Virus record (IMG/VR): IMGVR_UViG_3300006802_000076
Coordinates: 30,498 to 94,497 of that record
Strand: one strand, 5' to 3'
DNA: 64,000 nucleotides
Source: a virus
The notes under the pieces were generated by a model. The model had not been told where the DNA came from, did not search any database, and saw nothing but the letters and a program-made list of their open reading frames with translations. The position numbers and the translations under genes were made by a program. Shown in pieces: positions 1 through 11,800 of this stretch; position 1 is the stretch's first letter, and each line of letters opens with the position of its first letter.

Positions 1-185
1 CAGAATTAATAATTGCTGACTTGATGAATGGTGACTCAGAGTATAGAAGACACGGGATATACGAGGTCGATATGGATATCGTAAAATTCAGGATGAATAA
101 TAGCTTTTATGAATCAACAGGCAACATTGAAGCAGATGTTCTCCTTATGGATTATACGATGTTCATTATGGATTATATAATATAA
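1..185 (+). CDS. Head-to-tail adaptor, C-terminal fragment (5' truncated)
   Basis: Frame from nt 3 reads ...ESTGNIEADVLLMDY...II*, stop TAA 183-185 overlapping next ATG; position before neck/tail genes. Confidence 0.55.
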   Translation, partial: ELIIADLMNGDSEYRRHGIYEVDMDIVKFRMNNSFYESTGNIEADVLLMDYTMFIMDYII

Positions 186-574
186 TGGCATACAGTTCAT
201 ATTTAAGATTTGTTCAAACCTGTGATATATATCAAAAAAGTGTTGTGACTAATAATGCAGGTCAAAAAGTAGCCACTTTTACAAAAGTTGATACTGTGCC
301 GCTTCATTTTCAATCACCAAGCACACAAACGACTGGCGGAGACAGACGGCTTGCTCCATATGTCGAAAATATTGCTGTCTATGAGGCCATTGTTCCGGAA
401 TCTAATTCTCAATACATTACTTACGACAACCGTATTCAAAACATAAAAGATAGATACGGAAATGTTATAGAGGAAGGCCCATATGAGATAGTGGCTTTGC
501 AGCCGAAATTCGGATGGGGCGGGAAAAGGCATCATGTCTGTGCAATTCTTCGTCGTGTTGTGGAGAAGCTGTGA
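185..574 (+). CDS. Head-to-tail stopper / head closure protein
   Basis: 129 aa beta-rich, SPP1 gp16-like size and position. Confidence 0.55.
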   Translation: MAYSSYLRFVQTCDIYQKSVVTNNAGQKVATFTKVDTVPLHFQSPSTQTTGGDRRLAPYVENIAVYEAIVPESNSQYITYDNRIQNIKDRYGNVIEEGPYEIVALQPKFGWGGKRHHVCAILRRVVEKL

Positions 575-930
575 TTGAGATAAAACATAGAATTCCAAAG
601 AAAATTGATCAAGTTAATGCTACTACAATCCAATTGATAAGCGCAATGCAGGATTCTATGAGAATAACTAAAAAAGATGTCGAAGAACTCCTTCAGAATA
701 TGTTTGGAGAAAAATCTTCATGGTTTGATGTGATTATTGATGAGTCGGTAATGAATATTAGAATCTCACCCACTTCTGAAACTCTTGGGAGCGAGGAGAA
801 GATGAGATTGTATCAATGGTTTATTGACCATCATGGCCATGAGATTGGTGAGTTTGCAAAGACAAGAATTCACTTGAATGCTAGAATAGCATTCAGAGCT
901 GAAGTTGGAGGTGTTGGTTTTGTCTATTGA
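571..930 (+). CDS. Putative neck protein
   Basis: GTG start overlapping upstream stop; synteny between stopper and tail terminator. Confidence 0.4.
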   Translation: MIEIKHRIPKKIDQVNATTIQLISAMQDSMRITKKDVEELLQNMFGEKSSWFDVIIDESVMNIRISPTSETLGSEEKMRLYQWFIDHHGHEIGEFAKTRIHLNARIAFRAEVGGVGFVY

Positions 931-1339
931 TTATATGCCTGTCTATGATGTCAATACATTCTTCAAGAATGATTCGACATTGCAGACAATTGCTGGCAAA
1001 ATTATGAACTTTTTCCCTGTGGTAGCAACTGATGATGAACCTGCCCCATTTGTCGTTTATTATTATAATCCATTCGTACAGTCCGCTGATATATGGTGGA
1101 AGCGGAATGATTATGTAAGATATTCAATATTTGATACTGATGTGGATAGGCTTTTTAAGATTTCCGAACGGATGATCGAAGTTTTAGGGCGGGCCGATAA
1201 TATAAGCGCCCCTGGCGGTATTGATGGTACTGATGTTAGATTACTGTATTCGTATATGATTTCATCTAACCTTGTTGCCCCACTAGAAAAAGTCGGCTGG
1301 TACAGGATGAATCTTGATTTCAGGATTTGTTCTGTGTAA
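920..1339 (+). CDS. Tail terminator-like protein
   Basis: GGAGGTG SD before TTG; 'PAPFVVY' and C-terminal 'WYRMNLDFRI' pattern; just upstream of tail tube. Confidence 0.55.
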   Translation: MSIDYMPVYDVNTFFKNDSTLQTIAGKIMNFFPVVATDDEPAPFVVYYYNPFVQSADIWWKRNDYVRYSIFDTDVDRLFKISERMIEVLGRADNISAPGGIDGTDVRLLYSYMISSNLVAPLEKVGWYRMNLDFRICSV

Positions 1340-1341
1340 CT

Positions 1342-1352
1342 TGTGGTATTAT
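1342..1352 (+). promoter_or_regulatory. Extended -10 promoter-like element (TGTGGTATTAT)
   Basis: TGn-TATTAT in short intergenic gap; similar elements at 2178, 22024, 24571, 43919. Confidence 0.45.
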
Positions 1353-1360
1353 AAAGACAT

Positions 1361-1558
1361 ATGAAGTATACTACTATCACATACATAGCAAAGTCCGGTG
1401 GGGGTTTTCTGGCTCGCGTTGGAAGAAACACATACGAGTTCGAATGGCAAAAAGGCGTCGGGATCGGTAAAAGACAGGACGAAATACCACTAGATGTAGC
1501 TATGAGAATCGCTAGATGGCGTGATAAGAAGGGCAAAAAAATATTTGTCCTTGAATAG
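1361..1558 (+). CDS. Small basic hypothetical protein
   Basis: 65-aa ORF directly upstream of major tail gene. Confidence 0.6.
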   Translation: MKYTTITYIAKSGGGFLARVGRNTYEFEWQKGVGIGKRQDEIPLDVAMRIARWRDKKGKKIFVLE

Positions 1559-1569
1559 GAGGATTTAAA

Positions 1570-2136
1570 ATGGCAGTTAATGTGTCAAACATCGTAGTCG
1601 GTGAGGCTACGATTCAAATCGATGATAGCGCTAACGCAACTGACATCGCAGCAATGGATGCTTTCGATGACATTGGCGCTACTCAGAATGGTGTTGAGAT
1701 TTCATGGGAGCCAGATATGGTTGACATTGAGATCGATCAATACGGCGATGCGGCTAAGATTATTCAGACCCGCGTCAAGGTTATGGTTAAGACCACTCTC
1801 GCAGAGGCTACTCTTACCAACCTTACTCATGCTTGGAACTATGGCTCAACTGATATCTCAGCAGCTCAAGACGGGGCTAACACCACAACTTTCAACTTTG
1901 CAAGCCAGGGTGTTACTCCTTACGAGAAGGCTTTGGTTATCACTGGTAAGGCCCCAGGTCATACCGCTTCTGTTACCAAGGAGCGCAAGTTCTACACCAA
2001 GCGCGCTATTTCGATGGCGTCAACCCAGCTAAATATGAAGCGCGATGAGGCTTCGACTTTTGCCGTGGAATTCCGTATTCTTCCAAAGACTGAAGATGTC
2101 GGCTACGAGTATGGCAAGATTATTGACGACGACTGA
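1570..2136 (+). CDS. Major tail (tube) protein
   Basis: GGAGG SD; 'NIVVGEA', 'GATQNGVEISWEP', 'TTLAEATLTNL', 'VEFRILP' tail-tube motifs; C-ending codon bias of a highly expressed gene. Confidence 0.85.
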   Translation: MAVNVSNIVVGEATIQIDDSANATDIAAMDAFDDIGATQNGVEISWEPDMVDIEIDQYGDAAKIIQTRVKVMVKTTLAEATLTNLTHAWNYGSTDISAAQDGANTTTFNFASQGVTPYEKALVITGKAPGHTASVTKERKFYTKRAISMASTQLNMKRDEASTFAVEFRILPKTEDVGYEYGKIIDDD

Positions 2137-2161
2137 TCGTAATTAAAATAACTTAATCGGT

Positions 2162-2209
2162 ACAATGGCTCCATGTGTGATATAATCATATGGAGCCATT
2201 GTGCTTTTT
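2162..2209 (+). terminator. Intrinsic terminator hairpin with TGATATAAT in the loop
   Basis: 16-bp stem ACAATGGCTCCATGTG/CATATGGAGCCATTGT, then T-tract. Confidence 0.7.
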
Positions 2210-2231
2210 CAATATAAAGGAGAAATTTTAA

Positions 2232-2534
2232 ATGTCTAAGAATAAGGATATCCTTGGTGGTCGCACCATTTTGTTTGCTGACGGTGTTGAGCGTACTATT
2301 CAGCCTCTAACCATTCGTCAACTAAGAGAATTTATGAAGGCTGTGCAGGATTTGAATACCGAGGGCGGGATGAGTGATGAGGATATTGACCTCATGGTCC
2401 GCGCCGCTGGTATTGCTCTTCGTCAGGTAGACCCAGATATCGCAAATGACCCAGAAGCTCTGGAAGATATTCTTGATCTTCGCAGCTTTGGTGAAGTCAT
2501 GTCTGCGGCTATGGGTTCAGACCCTTCTCTCTGA
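2232..2534 (+). CDS. Tail assembly chaperone (gpG-like)
   Basis: Between major tail and tape measure; 'IQPLTIRQLREFM' motif. Confidence 0.8.
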   Translation: MSKNKDILGGRTILFADGVERTIQPLTIRQLREFMKAVQDLNTEGGMSDEDIDLMVRAAGIALRQVDPDIANDPEALEDILDLRSFGEVMSAAMGSDPSL

Positions 2535-2860
2535 CCGGAGAGGAAGAAGACTCTATAGAGGGTCTTGCTTGGGAAGATATTCCTCTCCTTAAATATGAAG
2601 CAGAATTGCTCGTCAGGTGTGGGGCCTGGAAATCAATTATTGAGATTGAAAGCATCCTCACACTTGAAGAGCTTTTTTTGCTGTACAGAGCGTCGGTTAA
2701 TGAAGTTGCAACAAACATGAAAATTGCTGCGGCTGCTCAAGGTGCTGATGTTGATATGAATGAAGATTGGTATGAGCCTGAACCTGAAGAGGCGGCGAGT
2801 GCTGGTGAGATTCGATCTTTGCCATTTGGTCTAGGTTATAGCGTTGCTGAAAGTAAATAG
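2522..2860 (+). CDS. Tail assembly chaperone frameshift extension (gpT-like)
   Basis: -1 frame is open across the chaperone stop and continues to 2860 (WKSIIEIESILTLEELF motif). Confidence 0.7.
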   Translation, partial: PFSLTGEEEDSIEGLAWEDIPLLKYEAELLVRCGAWKSIIEIESILTLEELFLLYRASVNEVATNMKIAAAAQGADVDMNEDWYEPEPEEAASAGEIRSLPFGLGYSVAESK

Positions 2861-2890
2861 TTATGACATAATTGATGAGGTAGGTGGTGC

Positions 2891-5800
2891 ATGGCTGATT
2901 ATGACATTCTTGTAAATGCCCATATGCAAGGCTTCTTGAATAAGGAGCTTGATAGCCTTTCTGGTAATTTACGAAATCTTTTAACCACAATTGATCGTGT
3001 TAATGACGTAACAAGAAACTATGAGAAGTCTCAGCGTGCTCTCAACTCAGCTCTTGGTATAGGCTCTGATGGACAAAAAGTCTATGCAAAGAATCTGTTA
3101 GATGCATCTAAAAACGCTGCCGTTCTTTCAAGCAATCTTCGTCTTGCTAAGAAGCAGGCGCAGGAATTTAATTCTGTTTACTCTAAAGAATTGAATGCTG
3201 CTAGATTTAATAAGTTGACATTTGGACTGAAAACTTTTAATGGTCAGTCTAAAGAGGTTAATGCCTCACTTCTTGCCACTGCAAGGAATCTTAAGAATAT
3301 TCAGAGTTCAGCGCGAGCTATACGCTTTACTGCTGCGCTGCGGGATTCCCAATCTCTTGCTAAGAACGTTCTAAATATCGGTAAGAACCTTCAATATGTA
3401 GGTAGAAACCTTACTATTGGGTTGACTTTGCCTTTAGTTCAGTTCTTTAGGATTGGTCTTGATAGCTTTAAGAAGCTTGAAACTGAAATTGTTAGATTTG
3501 AGAAAATTGTTGGCAGAGATGCTGTCCAAGCTTTGAAAGCACAGAGTGCTGAGATTGTAGAGATTAAAAAGACATCCGAAGGATGGACTGAGGTAATCAT
3601 AGGTACAGGGAATGCTTACGATGCGTTTAGTAAAAAGCTTGATAATGTAAGTTATAAATATGGTGTAGCAAGAGAGCTTGTGCAAGCTGTGGCTGCAGAC
3701 TTTGCCACTGTTGGTATTTCTGGTACTGATGTCATTGGTGATCTTGTCGAATTGGCAGCTATTGTTGAAAAAGTTGGCGATGTCGATATGACTCAGTCTC
3801 GTGAGTTTGTCCAATCTCTTGTTCAAAACACCATTACTGCTCAGAATCAAAATAAGGCTTTTAAAGAGCAAATTAGCCTACTCAGCGCTGCTGAACAAAG
3901 CTCATACCAGTATCGACTTGCAGTAGATCAGGTAACTGGCGCTCTTGCATTGTTTAACGTCATTGAGAATAATACAGTTGTAACCCTTGAGAAGCTAGCA
4001 AAAGGCATCCCTGAAATGCAAGCTGTTACAACTCAATTTGGTCTTACTTTGGGTGAAGCAGCGGCTCTTTTTGCACCAATGTTGGCGTCAGGGTTTGAGA
4101 CTGGAGCTTCAGCGAACTCCCTCAAAGTCTCTTTGCAAAGACTTGTAGCTCCAACTATCAAAAACCAGAACACATTAGCTTATTTGAATAGAACTATTGG
4201 TGAATTCAATTATACAACCGGTGTTGGTATTGAGAATATATCTGAGTTTGCTAAAGCTTTTGTTAAGTTAAAAGAGCAAAAAGGTGAGCTTGGTGCGTTA
4301 GAGCTGTTTGCTGAGCTTTTCGGCGTCCGTCAGGGTTCTCGTATGCTCGCCGCAATGAATGATTTTGGTATCTTCCAGGAAGAGCTTTTAAAGCGCACTT
4401 CTACCGCCAACAAGATAGCGACTGTAATAGTTGATTCAATTAATAAAACCGTTGCTGATGCGGGGCAGCAGAGTCGGCTTGCAGAAATCGTTGAGGGAGG
4501 AAAGTTTAGTGCATCAGATATTGCAGGACTTGGTAAAATTGGAAGAGTTGTTGCCGATGAATATGCAGCAGGTTTTGAAAAGGGCGGAACCGCACTATAT
4601 AGAGCTATAATTGAAGGTCAGGGTGTAGCTCTTGACAAACTTAAAAAAGAATTCGGTGAAGACTCAGATATCCTTGACTTGATAACATCGCAGTCTGGTA
4701 AGGTCATCCTTGCTCAGGCTTTGGGTACTGAGGAGGCTATCAGAGCATTTAATGAAGAGGTTGATAGAGCGCTTGAAACCCCCGCTGTGAAGTTGTCTAG
4801 AGCTAAAGAGACATTTAAAGCTATCAGCAGAACTCTTATTCCTGATCTTGTCTCTGCTCTTGAAGCTTTGATGCCTACGATTAGATCTATTGCTAACTTC
4901 TTCACAAATATGAATGAGGGGTCAAGAAGGTTTTTGTCTGGTATCGTACTTTTGGCTGCTGCTCTTGGTCCTATTATCTCTGTTTTCTCAAACCTTACTC
5001 AAATCTTAGGTCTTGCTGGTGGTGCTGCGTTTAGATTTGTTGGCATGATAAGTAAGCTCAGAATATTTGGTTTAGGTGGTATTTCTATTGCGTCGGATAC
5101 TTTAGCTGGTTTGAATAATCTTGATAAGTTTGGCAAGAAGCTTTCTCGTATAAGTGACCAAACATTTTTCTTTAAAGGAACAAATAAAGAGTTTCAGAAA
5201 CTTCTTAAAAAATCGCAAAGACTGCAAGATAGAGGTAGCGAATCTTATGGTATTAGAAGGCTTGCTAATTTATTTAAATGGCAAAACAAATTAACAACCT
5301 CAACGGAAACTTTATCTGGTCAAACAAATCTTTTCACCGCCGCGCAGCAAAAAAAGCTTACCGCTATGAGAATTCTTTCTTCAGCTTATCGGCAAATGGC
5401 TTCAGAGTTAAACGCTGTGCAATTAACTTTTACTGCTCAAAAACAGGCTTTAGATGATTTAGGTAATTATATTATTACTTTAAAACATCGTATGGATGAA
5501 GCAAAAAAAATGGCTGGTAAGTTTGTCTCTGCTCTTATCCATATAAAAGATAGTGCAGATAGTGCAGCAAGAGCGATTGGTCTTGTTGGTGATGCTAATT
5601 CGGTAAATGGAAGGCTTGACAAATTAGCTAAGAATATGGCTAAAGCCGCTGGTGCTAGTGATAATCTTGTTCTTAATTTGCAGTATTTTGTGCAAGAGTC
5701 AGCAAAGATTGCTGGGTCAACTGATGCTGCAGCCAATTCTGTTAAGAATATGGCTACTGCTATTGCAGATTTAAATACTTCGTTTGGCAATGTCAATGGT

Positions 5801-8800
5801 AAGCTTGGGACATTTGTAAAGCATGAAGAAAAGCTTAGTGGACAAGCAGCAGGTATTCAGAATGCTGCGGACGCAATTTATGAACAAGCTAGAGCTACGA
5901 AGAAGCTGGCGAATCATACTGAGAGACTTATTAATTTGTCTAAGAGCGCTGGTGAGGCAATCAGATCTCAATCATCTGCTGTTATAGATAAAAAGAAAGC
6001 TATCTCTGACATAAATAAAGTTATTACAACATTCTTGACGCAAGAGGGTGAGATTGTAGTGGCGACTGAGGCTGCTGAGACTGGTTTATACAATCAAAGA
6101 ATGGAGATTATTTATAAGATACAGGCGATGGAGTTGTTCTCTGAGGCAGCAGATCTTTTTGTGCTTGATGAGGGCAAGATTGTTGGCGCTGCTGAAGCCG
6201 CTGCGGCTGCGATTGATGCGCAGGTTGCAGCCATTGGTAGGCTTGTTGCCGCCCTGGAGGCTTTGGACGCTTCTAAGCTTTCCATGCTTAATACCGCAGG
6301 AGTGCAGGGTGCTGCCGGTACTACTGTCGCTGAAACAAAACCAAAGAGAACCAAGAGGCCTGCTCGCGGCCCTCCTGCAGATGATGCTGAGCAATTAAGT
6401 CTTCTTGCAAAAGAAGAAAAGGCAGCAAATATTGATCTTGCAACAGCTGCTAAAGGAGCTGAAATTGTTGAGGTAGAAGGCACCGCTGCTGAGGTTAATT
6501 TAGATACCGCGGTTAAAAGCAAGAGCGTTGTTGAAAAAGCTAAAGAAGCGGCTAACATCCAACTGTTAGCTGCTAGAAAACAACTTGAAGCTGCTATAGA
6601 TCAAAGCAAGCTCGCTAAGTCTAACTTAGCCGATCGCCCTCGCCGCAATGCTGCTGGGATAGCTAAAGCTATAGAGTATCGTGAAAAAGAGGCGGAGAAA
6701 GAGCGTAAGCGTTTAGAAAAGAATGCTAGAGCTAGGGAGCTTAGAGCTGAGAAGAAGGCGGCTGCTGAAGCGGCTAAGGCAGGCACTGCTGCCGATCTTG
6801 ATGTGGCATCTGCTGAAAAAAGCGCCGAGGCTGTCGCTGAAGAAAAAATCGGGGCTGATCTTGATGTCAAGGCTGGTAAAGAGAGCCTTGTTGCTGCCGA
6901 AAAGGCTAAAGAAGCCGCCAATATTCAACTACTTGCTGCTAGAAAGCAACTTGAAGTCGCTATAGAGCAAGGCACACTTGCTAAGTCTAACTTAGCCGAT
7001 CGCCCTCGTCGTAATGCTGCTGGGATCGCTAAAGCTATTGAATATAGGAATTCAGCCGAGTATGGCAAAGTTGCTAGTCAAGAAAAACTTGGTGCTGCTC
7101 TTGATGTTGAAGCCGGTAAAGAAAGTCTTGAGGCTGCTCAGATTGAAAAGAAGGCAGCAAAAACTAAACTTGCTAGGGCTTCAAAGCCTCAATGGTCAGA
7201 GAGGCCTCCTGGATCAAAACCGTGGCCTACGATGGAGAAATCTCTAGCAAAAATTCCTGGCTTCGGAGTGTTGTCGGCATCTCAGTTTGGGCAAACATCT
7301 AGGTTCCCAGCGGTCCTTGGTCCAGGGCCTGGTGGGGCTATGGCTGGTCAGATCGGGGCCAGGATTATTGACATGTTTAGGTCCGCAGGTGTTATTCCTC
7401 CACCAGAAGTTTTGTATGCCCTGTCACAGATGAGTGATGATTTTCTAAAAAGCCGTGGCGTTTCTAGTTTCAAGCAGGCTGGCGCAGTTAAAACATTTAA
7501 AAAAGATGTTATTTTCAATAAAGCATTCTCTCCATTGGAAAGCGGTGTTGGTTTTTATGGAACACCATCGGGTAAAAACACCAGTTCTACCGGTAAGCTT
7601 TTTAATGCAATAAGAGACTTTTTAATAATGGAGGATGCGCTTGCGAAACAAGTCGCTTTACCGATACCAAACCAACCAGCAAGTTTCAGGCAGGGGTCTA
7701 CGAAAAAAGGAAGATTGTCTTCTGTAAGTGTGCAAAGTATTTATAGAGATAGTGTTGAAAGAGCTATGGCTCCGCCTAGATCTGATTTTGGTCGGCTCTA
7801 TTCGACTTTGCCGAAGACAACAAGAGCTGATAAGACATTTAAAGAAGGCACGCTTTACATTAAAAAGCTCAGGACTGCTCTTGAAGATCGTATATATAAA
7901 TTAAGTGAAGCTATGGAAAGCGCTAGCGCTTCTGATAAAAAAGTTCTTGGGAAGCGATTGGCAAGATTAAAGAGGGCCAGGGCGCGCTTTGAAGATTTGC
8001 AGGCTGGTCTTGCAAATAATTTTGGTAAATATTCAGCAATGAGTAGATACAACCTTCCGTCTCCGTCTGTTAGAGATGAGAAAGGTAGAGTTAGTTTAAG
8101 AAGGATTAAGACTTTAGCCAGTTCTCGCAATAGTGTTGAGATGCTTGCCGCTAGATCGCTTTCTACAATGTCTGGCACTGGGATGCTTGATCCCCATATC
8201 AAATCTTTTGGAGATTATGTATCAACATCTTTAAGAAAACAGTTCCCGAAGATGACCGATGCACGTATCGCAGAGCTTACGAAAGCTGAAGTTGGAGTAT
8301 TCAAAAGAAGGTTATTTGATAATTTATTCAATGCATTAACTCGTAATATTTCAAATATTGAACCCGGTGGCACACCTTTAGCTAGAGCGGGGCGTTTGAA
8401 GAAGGCAATGGATCAGTCTCTGTATGAAGCTCTAGCACCTTCTCGTAAAGGCATAAATGTTTCCCAAGCAACAGCCGCCGCTTCAGCCGCTGCCCCAGTA
8501 ACTGCTCCAGTAGCCGCCCCAGCAGCCGCTCCAGCAGCTGCCCCATCCGCTGCAGTTAGTAAGGCTGCAGCTAAGCCCGCTTTACCACCACCACCTCCAC
8601 CAACGTCAAAACCTGGACGTAAAACATTGCTTTCTGCAGCTTTGACAGCTATGGGTATGGGTGGGAATGAGGAAGTTGAAAAGAGACTGATGCAGCAGGC
8701 AGAGGCGGCTGTCAAATCAGGCAATAAGAAAGCTGATCTTTTGCATTTGCTAAACAGACAAGCCACTGATGCGCAGAATGAAGTTTCTAAGGCTCTGCAA

Positions 8801-11800
8801 GCACAGTCTGCTAAGAAGGGAATAATTGGCAGGGCGCTTGCAACTAGGGCCGGGGCTATGCGTTCGATGGCTGAGTCTGCTTCAGCTAAAGATCAAAGCA
8901 AAGAAGCAGGAAAGCTCCGTGGCATAGTAAGAAATGCTTTAAGCAAAGCGCGACGAGATTATGTGGATGGTATTGGTGCAACTGTTCGGGCTAGCAATGA
9001 AAATCTTCTAAAATCTCTTGGTACAGGCTCAAAACTTGGTAAATCAGCTGAAGGTGTTGTACTCAGAGCTGTTAGTTCTGTTAATGAACTTATAGGTGAA
9101 ATTACTGACGAGCTTCAGGCTCTTGGTGTGCAGGCTGATCTGTTAAAGGAACCTATTAAGGCTCATGAGATAGAGGCCCAGAAGTCGCTGGAGCACTTCT
9201 TATTTACCCTGAAAGGCACCTTTGAAGAGGTACAAGATTCTGTTGATTGTGTTGCTGATGCCGCAAGGGTGGTTGGAAATATTGTTTCTGTGGAGGGCGA
9301 GCAGGGAGAAGGGACTGTATTGTATTCTGGAATACCTATCACTGAGGCAATCAAGTTTATTGCTAACACTATCAGAAGTATCGCAAGCAAAGCTAAGGGT
9401 GTTGGTGAAAGTGTTGAGGCTGCTGGTGCTCAAGCAGTCGCAGAAGTTGATCAGGCGGGTGCGAGTGTTGTAAGCGATGTTGAAGATCTTGGTGATCCTT
9501 TCAGGTATATAGCTGCTGCCATGAATACTGCTCAAGATGCAGCTAACGCTGCTACTGTTGAAGCTGTTGCTGAAGTTGAGGCTGCTGGTGCTTCTGCGGT
9601 TGATAGCGTGAGGGATCTTGGTGATCCGTTTAGATATATTACTGGCGCAATGGGTGGTGCTGTAAATCTTGCGAACACAGCGACAGCTGAATCCCAGGCA
9701 GAGATTGCTGCTTCGTCAAACTCTATTCGAAAGTCTATCAATGCTATTGGTGCCACTTTTGTGAGGATGGCTGCAGCTGCTAAAGCTGGTGCTGTCAGGA
9801 TTGTTGCTTCTGGTAATGCAACAAGCGCTGCCACTGCCGCTGCTGCCGCAAACTGGGCAGCACCAAATGGCGCGGCTGCTGCGACCGGTGCTGTGAGTAA
9901 TGCGTGGGCTGCACCAACTGGGCCAAAGGCCGGTAGCCCTGCTAAGACTCCAATGACTGGCAAATTTGCCTCTATGATTGCCGGATTTAAAGACAGCATG
10001 TCTGGTATAGGTGGGGTCTTTACTAAGGGGTGGGGTGAGGTTCTAACTGCCAATAAGGGTGTTCTAAACAGCTTGAGAACACTGGTTGGCACTCTTGGTA
10101 AAACACTTCTAAATTCAGCAAAACTTCTTGGAAGTCTTGTTATGGGTCCAATCCGTGTTGCTTCAGGAGTATTTAAGCTAGCTAAGAAAAACGTTGCAGG
10201 AGCTGCCGATATAGGAAAGGCCTTTGGAAGCATTCTAAAGAATCTAGCTAAGACTGCAGTTGATCTTGTTAAAGGTGTTTTAAGTGCAGTCGTTTCTGTA
10301 GGTAAAACGGTTGTTTCAGTAATTGGCACTGTTGCTAAGAGTATGATGTCTGCTTTCCAGTCTGTGACTAAGCTTGCTATTAAAGGTATTATTTTTGCAC
10401 CAATTGTAGCTGCAATTATTGTTATCGCTGTGGCGGCGAAGCGGCTTTCGACTGCGTTTAAAGCTGTTGATGAGAACGGCAAGAGACTTGAATCTATGCA
10501 GAAGATTGTGGATAGATTGAAGCAAGCATGGACTGCTTTCAAAAGCGTTCTTGTCGCGTTATTTAAACCATTTGCTGATGTTTTAAACAATATATTCGGG
10601 GTTTCGAACGGTACTGAAGCTGCAACTCAGAATGTTTCTGCTACTACTAGAGCATTCTCTAAACTTGGTGCGGTTTTAATTGTTGCTCTTGAGCAAATAA
10701 CAAATGGTCTTAATAAACTGCGTGAAAGTGAAGGATTTAAGAAGTTTATAAAAAGCATGACTTCTTTCATGTACCAATTCTTCAATATTGCAAAGGCTGT
10801 TTTTGGCGGTATTAAAGCTGTGATTAGTGGCGATAGCGAAGAGGCTGCTTCTAAGTTTGGTGAGGCGGCTGATCGCATCAAGCTTTATATGATGTCAATT
10901 GTAATATTCCTTGCTCCTATGTGGAGAAAGATGCTTTTGAAGATGATTTCAAGCTTGGTTGCTTTTGCTAAGACTGTTTTAAATATCGGAGAAAAGGTAC
11001 TTGAAGGCTTAGCTCATGCATTTGGGCCTCCACTTGTTAAAGCTGTTGTGTGGACGATTAAGAAAGTTCTTACACTTTTCTTCTCACTACCTCGCTATAT
11101 TCCAAAAATTCTACTTAAGATAATTGAAATGGCGATTGAGTTTAAGTTGAAATATGAATTGGCTATGCGACAGCTTGTTATCAACATTGTTTTGATACTG
11201 GCTGGGATGCTTCCTGGGCTTGCTCAGATTTTAATTAAAGCATTCAATATGATTATTGAATTTGCCTTGAAGGCTCAAGGTGCTCTTGAGAGCGCTCTTA
11301 AGTCACTTAGCCCATTTGGATTCCTTGATGATGCTATCGGTCTTGTTGGCAGTGTCTTTTCTTCGCCTCTTGAGTTTGCTAGCGCAACTCTTGAAGGATG
11401 GGTTGAAGATATTGCTAGTACTGAGGGCACGTTTAAAGGTGTTATTAATGATATAGCTGGTGCTATTAATAAAGCCTTTGATTCTGTTTATAATCTTCTT
11501 GATCAAGGTATAAATGCGATCTTTGATTCGGATGTTGTGAACGATTTTGTACAAGATATATCTGATTCTATTGATGGATGGTCGCAAGGCCAATTGCAGG
11601 ATATTTTTGGCTGGATCGATGATCTTGCTTTCGGTGAGGATGGCGATGGTGGAGTGGCTGCATGGTTTGCAAATCTGGATATTCCTGATTTTAAGGGAAG
11701 CGAGTTTGAGAGGGCTATTGATGATTTCGCTGTCGGAGCGGAGGAGTGGGTCGGTACTAAGTTTGATGAAATAATTAATAAGGTTGCCGATAAGCAGCAA

